Positions 59,612 to 64,000 of a DNA stretch of 64,000 nt are shown in pieces; position 1 is the stretch's first letter; each line of letters begins with the position of its first letter. This DNA is from a virus. Made by a program: the position numbers and the translations under genes. The notes beneath the pieces are model-generated. The model saw only the letters and a list, made by a program, of their open reading frames with translations, had not been told where the DNA came from and made no database searches. Location: positions 64,001 to 128,000 of IMG/VR virus record IMGVR_UViG_3300021425_002093. The stretch is one strand, 5' to 3'.

Positions 59612-62600
59612 TTATACGATTAGTGTTTCTACTACGGTGTACTCCGTGTTAGCGGCAACTGCGGTTGAAAGAATTCTAACTGTCCCAGCATTGATATTTG
59701 CGATGTAAGTAGCAATCGGATTTGCTGTCGTATGAACGATAGCGTACTCGGTGATTTGTGCTGTAACTCCATCGTGAACAAGAAGCACTTCACTTGCCTG
59801 AACTTCGCCCGTAGCGTCCTTTGCCCGAATGACAAGTTTAGCCGCTGTGAAGTTAGCCGCATCAAACGATGCAATAATTTCAGCGCCTGTTGTCGTTGCT
59901 GTATATTCTTCAGCAAGTTGCTCTACAACATCAACATCCAGGTCAGATCTGAATATGAAACTATCTCTAGAAGTGATATTATTCCTAACATTCAAGTTCT
60001 CAGCAATACCAACACCACCTGCTACTGTGAGCGCTCCCGTTGTGCTTGAAGTGGAAGTTGTGGTATCTATAATATTCAGACTAGGAACAGTCACTAGACC
60101 ATTTGCAACAATCAAAGAGTTAGCAAAGCTAGCACCACCTGCTGATATTTGTATATTATTATCAGTATGGTTATACGCCAGTCTACCAATTTGACTATTG
60201 TTGTCAGAGAAAAAGATTGTAGAGAAGCCGTCGGCAGCAGAAACAATATCTATTGCAGAGTCGCCAAATCCAACACTGCTAGAATCTACTGTAATATTAC
60301 CAACAGTAATAGCATTTGTCGTAGTGTTGCCGTTATCAGTAACCCTATCTAAATTAAACTCAGTCGATTGCAATCCATCAAACAAATCCGCATTCAAATT
60401 TGTGACAAGATCTGTCGATACAACAGTAAATGGAGCAGTTCCTATTGCGTTATTAAAATTAACTGTAGTACCGTCGGCCGCAGTTAACGTTGTACCCGAA
60501 TCGAAGGTAAGTGTTCCATTCGTATAGTTGTCATTTACGTTGCTTCGTAAGAAGTTAGACTGATCAAGATCATCGAGCAAGTCAGCATTTAGATTTGTGA
60601 CTTTTGTTGTAGAGACAACTGTAAATGGTGCTGTTCCAATAGCATTATTAAAGTTAACAGTAGCACCGTCGGCCACAGTTAACGTTGTACCAGAGTCGTA
60701 TGTAAACGTACCGTTTGTGTAATTATTGCTTACATTGCTTCTCAAGAAATCAGTAGAATCTAAGCTATCAAGCAAGTCAGCGTTTAGATTTGTAACAAGA
60801 TCACTAGAAGTAACTATAAGGGGCGGGCCAGATCCAAGTACACTGAGATTGCTATTAACTGTTAAATCACCAGCGACTTCAACAGTTCCGCTATTATCTC
60901 CGTGTGTAGCAGGATCGATGACGAATGTTGCTGGACCTCTAATCTGACCAGTAAGTTCAACATCGTCACTATAAAGAGTATCTATCTGAAGATTCGCTAA
61001 AGCAAAGGACGGATCTCCTGTGTCAATAAAGACAGAAGCATCAGGCTCAGGCGTATACTCGTGGAATAACTTGAATCTCTCATCCGTTGCATCTCTAAAG
61101 ATACCTGCATGAACAACACCAGATCCAGCGTCATACTCACCAGTAATGCCTAAATCTGGATTTGCTGAGATCTTTGCTTTAGAAGTACCACCGCTTGAAT
61201 ACGTGTCAGTAACTGTGCTTGCAATCGTAAACGTATTGCTCGTAACCGCTGTGATAGACGTACTAGCAATATTAAAGCTTGGCGGAGTAACTCCAGTAAC
61301 TTCTACGAGTTCACCGACGAAGTAGTTGTGATCTTCGGTTGTAGTGTAAACTACGTTTACTCCATCTCCAACTGCGTTTGCAATAGATCGCTCTTCAGGC
61401 TCGTTGAGCATGATCATGTTATCAGAGAGTGTTAGATTCGTAGCACTTACTGTTGTTGTAGTACCTGATACCGTCAGATCACCATCAAGAATCAAGTTAC
61501 CGGATATACTTGTATTAGAGTTAACTTGAATCGATCCAGCAATAACAACAGTGCCAGTGTCATCTCCATGAACAGCAGGATCAATAGTAAATGAAGCAGG
61601 TCCTCTTAGATAGCCAAGCGTCTCAATGTTGTCAGCAGTAAGATTTGCTACAGTTGTATTATTCGCATTAATAACGTCAGCAGTAAATGTTGATCCTGTT
61701 GCCGACACATCAACAATTGGAGAATTCGTGTAAATCCCACCAGCAGTAGCATTGAATGTAAGATTAGCAGTAGTCGAAACAGTAATGTCATCTCCAGCAC
61801 CTACACCTAATGTCGTCGTCGCTGTAATTTGTGGAGTTACAACATTCTGAGCAAACAAATCATTATTAGCTGTTATGTCATGATAGCCACTAATCGAACT
61901 AGTAATAGTACCTGTTCCGGTGATTGTCTCAAATGCAGAAATTTCGCTTGCCGCATTCCCAGTTCCAGTAACTAACTGATATCCAGTGATTGCACTTCCT
62001 GTAGCGCTTGTTCCAGTAATAAAATGATAGTTTTCAATCAAACTGGTAGCGGTATTTGTTCCAGAAATAGTTTCAAATGAAGAAATGGTGCTAGGAAGAT
62101 TACCTGTTCCGGTGATAAGCTCATATCCACTAATTTGGCTATTTCCAGTTCCAGTTCCGGTAATTAATTCATAAGCTGAGATTTGACTAGTAGCAGTTCC
62201 TGTTCCTACAATAGTATCATATTGCGTAATCGTGCTAGCGACTACATTTGTTCCAATAAGGTCTTCCGCAGTAACGGACGCCACAGTAATAGAATTAGTT
62301 GTTGTATTTCCGTATCCAGTGACACGATCAAGCGTGAAGTCAGTGCTTGTTAAATCGTCAAATAAGTCAGCATTAAGATTATCGACTTTAGTTGTTGATA
62401 CAACAATAAAGGGGGCGACTCCTATTGCATTATTAAAGTTAACTGTAGCTCCCTCTGCCGCAGTTAGCGTTGTTCCGTTATCAAATGTAAATGCACCGTT
62501 AGTGTAGTTATCGCTTGCATTGCTTCGTAAGAAATCGCTTTCATCAAGACCGTCTAATAGATCAGCGTTTAGATTTATAACCTTAATGTCTGATGCTACA

Positions 62601-63241
62601 ACTAAAGGTGGATCAATTCCATTATCGACTGTTGAAATGATTTGATTAGCAGTAAGATCGTTTACAAGTGTGATTGAACTAACATTAATATTCAGTGTGT
62701 TAACAGTAACAAAGTCGCCTAGTACATCGAGACTACCATGAATCTGTACAAGACCATCAAGAGGATCGTCACCATCAGTGTTTCCAATATAAGGAGCAGG
62801 ATCGATATCAAAGACCGCTGGGCCACGAAGATCTCCATTCGTGACTAGAGTTTCAGCAGTGACTGTTTGACCAGAGAAGCTACCTAGAGCATCACGAAAT
62901 ACGAAAGTGCTTCCTACATTTGTATGTGTGGAGTTTGCATTAATATCCGTTAGAACACCACGGAGAGTCGTTGCGTTTGTGTACTTGTACGCAAGAGGAT
63001 TAATTACGAAAGTGGTTTCATCACCAGTGATAACTCCGGAAGGATCAATCGATAACCCCGTATCGGTCGTGAAAAAACGTCTTGAGCCATCGGCGTTGGA
63101 GCCAATGAGAGAATCGTCAGCAGCAGGGAACCCAAAGTCAGGCTCCGCATTTTCAAGACTAAGGTATTCATATCGTTCGGGTGCTAAATCGCTTCCAACA
63201 TTTTTCTTTGCTCGATTACTGAGCAGACCTATACTACGCAT
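59612..63241 (-). CDS. Large repetitive fibre/structural protein (1209 aa)
   Basis: NLNADLLD repeats, F.IDPA.HGD repeats, 16-aa tandem repeats, C-terminal SEVLLVHDG....EYA domain. Confidence 0.8.
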   Translation of the reverse strand: MRSIGLLSNRAKKNVGSDLAPERYEYLSLENAEPDFGFPAADDSLIGSNADGSRRFFTTDTGLSIDPSGVITGDETTFVINPLAYKYTNATTLRGVLTDINANSTHTNVGSTFVFRDALGSFSGQTVTAETLVTNGDLRGPAVFDIDPAPYIGNTDGDDPLDGLVQIHGSLDVLGDFVTVNTLNINVSSITLVNDLTANQIISTVDNGIDPPLVVASDIKVINLNADLLDGLDESDFLRSNASDNYTNGAFTFDNGTTLTAAEGATVNFNNAIGVAPFIVVSTTKVDNLNADLFDDLTSTDFTLDRVTGYGNTTTNSITVASVTAEDLIGTNVVASTITQYDTIVGTGTATSQISAYELITGTGTGNSQISGYELITGTGNLPSTISSFETISGTNTATSLIENYHFITGTSATGSAITGYQLVTGTGNAASEISAFETITGTGTITSSISGYHDITANNDLFAQNVVTPQITATTTLGVGAGDDITVSTTANLTFNATAGGIYTNSPIVDVSATGSTFTADVINANNTTVANLTADNIETLGYLRGPASFTIDPAVHGDDTGTVVIAGSIQVNSNTSISGNLILDGDLTVSGTTTTVSATNLTLSDNMIMLNEPEERSIANAVGDGVNVVYTTTEDHNYFVGELVEVTGVTPPSFNIASTSITAVTSNTFTIASTVTDTYSSGGTSKAKISANPDLGITGEYDAGSGVVHAGIFRDATDERFKLFHEYTPEPDASVFIDTGDPSFALANLQIDTLYSDDVELTGQIRGPATFVIDPATHGDNSGTVEVAGDLTVNSNLSVLGSGPPLIVTSSDLVTNLNADLLDSLDSTDFLRSNVSNNYTNGTFTYDSGTTLTVADGATVNFNNAIGTAPFTVVSTTKVTNLNADLLDDLDQSNFLRSNVNDNYTNGTLTFDSGTTLTAADGTTVNFNNAIGTAPFTVVSTDLVTNLNADLFDGLQSTEFNLDRVTDNGNTTTNAITVGNITVDSSSVGFGDSAIDIVSAADGFSTIFFSDNNSQIGRLAYNHTDNNIQISAGGASFANSLIVANGLVTVPSLNIIDTTTSTSSTTGALTVAGGVGIAENLNVRNNITSRDSFIFRSDLDVDVVEQLAEEYTATTTGAEIIASFDAANFTAAKLVIRAKDATGEVQASEVLLVHDGVTAQITEYAIVHTTANPIATYIANINAGTVRILSTAVAANTEYTVVETLIV
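61886..62221 (-). repeat. Seven tandem 48-nt (16-aa) coding repeats
   Basis: YDTIVGTGTATSQISA / YELITGTGTGNSQISG / YELITGTGNLPSTISS / FETISGTNTATSLIEN / YHFITGTSATGSAITG / YQLVTGTGNAASEISA / FETITGTGTITSSISG. Confidence 0.85.
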
Positions 63242-63572
63242 TTAGAGACTCCAGTACACTAAGAGTAATCTTCAAAGTGCTATTGACTGATGCACTACCC
63301 TTTACTGAGTCTCCGTCTTCTAAAATAAGTTTTCCGGTAATCGCATTTACAGCATCGTTAGGTGCAACATCAAAATCTTTCACAAGCTCTGTTTCGATAG
63401 CGCCTGTTGTTTTGAAATGAGAAAAAGTCGTGCTGACCGGATTCGCAGTAATGTTAGTTATCTGCGCCATTAGGATAATACCAGTGAATCCTACTGGAGC
63501 AGTATACAATACATCGTTGCTCGTTGTCAACTCAGCCGTGACTGTTCTGAATACATTAAGTGGCGTGGCCAT
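63234..63572 (-). CDS. Small beta-sandwich structural protein
   Basis: N.FRT......YTAP.G...I.L.AQITN...GKLILE.GD...SVLE. Confidence 0.75.
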   Translation of the reverse strand: MATPLNVFRTVTAELTTSNDVLYTAPVGFTGIILMAQITNITANPVSTTFSHFKTTGAIETELVKDFDVAPNDAVNAITGKLILEDGDSVKGSASVNSTLKITLSVLESLNA

Positions 63573-63576
63573 TTTC

Positions 63577-64000
63577 TTATCCTTCTATCGCTAATATGTA
63601 GGGCGTCAACACAGCAAAAAGTGATCTATCGAAGGTCACACCCTCAATAATACCTGCGTCCCTGTTAATTAAAAGTTCTGATCCAATTCTGAAATCACCT
63701 TTGTGATCCGTACTTGTAAAGTACACTTGTCCAGCATTGTTATCGTCAAATACAATTTCGTTCGCTTGAATTGGAATCGCACCTGTTCTCGGAGTATTAT
63801 AGAATACTTCAGTGCCTGTTCCTATATATTCAAATGTAATCGAGCTAGCAACAATCAGACTTCTTTGGAAAAACTCCATTGTAGTCGAATCAACAATATC
63901 CTGATCCAAAGACTCAAGAAGCGTGAGTGTTGCTGTATCACCATCTACTATAATTGTTGTAATTGTCGAAATGCTCGTTGTCACAATAGATTGTGTTGCG
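63577..64000 (-). CDS. C-terminal part of a large structural protein (5' end outside the window)
   Basis: Frame stays open to the window edge; FEYIGTG...G.VYFTSTDH.GDFRIG..L.INR..G.I.G..F..SLFA.LTPYILA. Confidence 0.75.
   Translation of the reverse strand, partial: ATQSIVTTSISTITTIIVDGDTATLTLLESLDQDIVDSTTMEFFQRSLIVASSITFEYIGTGTEVFYNTPRTGAIPIQANEIVFDDNNAGQVYFTSTDHKGDFRIGSELLINRDAGIIEGVTFDRSLFAVLTPYILAIEG

Noticed and set aside
61886-62221. Periodic DNA repeats considered as a CRISPR array
   Set aside because: They are degenerate in-frame coding repeats without unique spacers, and no cas genes are present.

Overview
This is a 64-kb segment of a large T4-like (Tevenvirinae-like, probably marine) myovirus genome, and every credible gene lies on the minus strand. 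In transcription order (right to left) it carries: (1) a roughly 24-kb array of very large fibre/structural genes, including three S74-chaperone fibres with a shared N-terminal anchor, two small tip/adhesin-like genes and a fibre-assembly chaperone; (2) the conserved block gp13-14-15-16-17-18-19-20; (3) a 9.6-kb insertion of six late genes, one collagen-like, between portal and the prohead-core genes; (4) gp67/68-like, gp21, gp22, gp23, gp3-like, uvsY, uvsW, gp55, gp47, gp46; (5) a three-gene cassette of C5-cytosine-MTase homolog, nuclease-like ORF and CmoA-like gene; (6) gp45, a block of small early-type genes, a dATP/dGTP diphosphohydrolase-like gene, a 563-aa protein that appears to be a second sliding clamp with three large insertions, and gp44/gp62. 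Late promoters (TATAAATA) and sigma70-type promoters are readable directly in the sequence. Three observations stand out. The expanded, acidic gp45 paralog has its own late-promoter motif and carries a module otherwise seen in virion proteins. The MTase has Arg at the motif-X Asn position and sits next to cmoA, which points to carboxymethylcytosine DNA modification, with a nuclease-like gene between them. A perfect-consensus sigma70 promoter fires antisense into the late/uvsW transcript. All assignments come from motif recognition and by-eye alignment; no searches were run.
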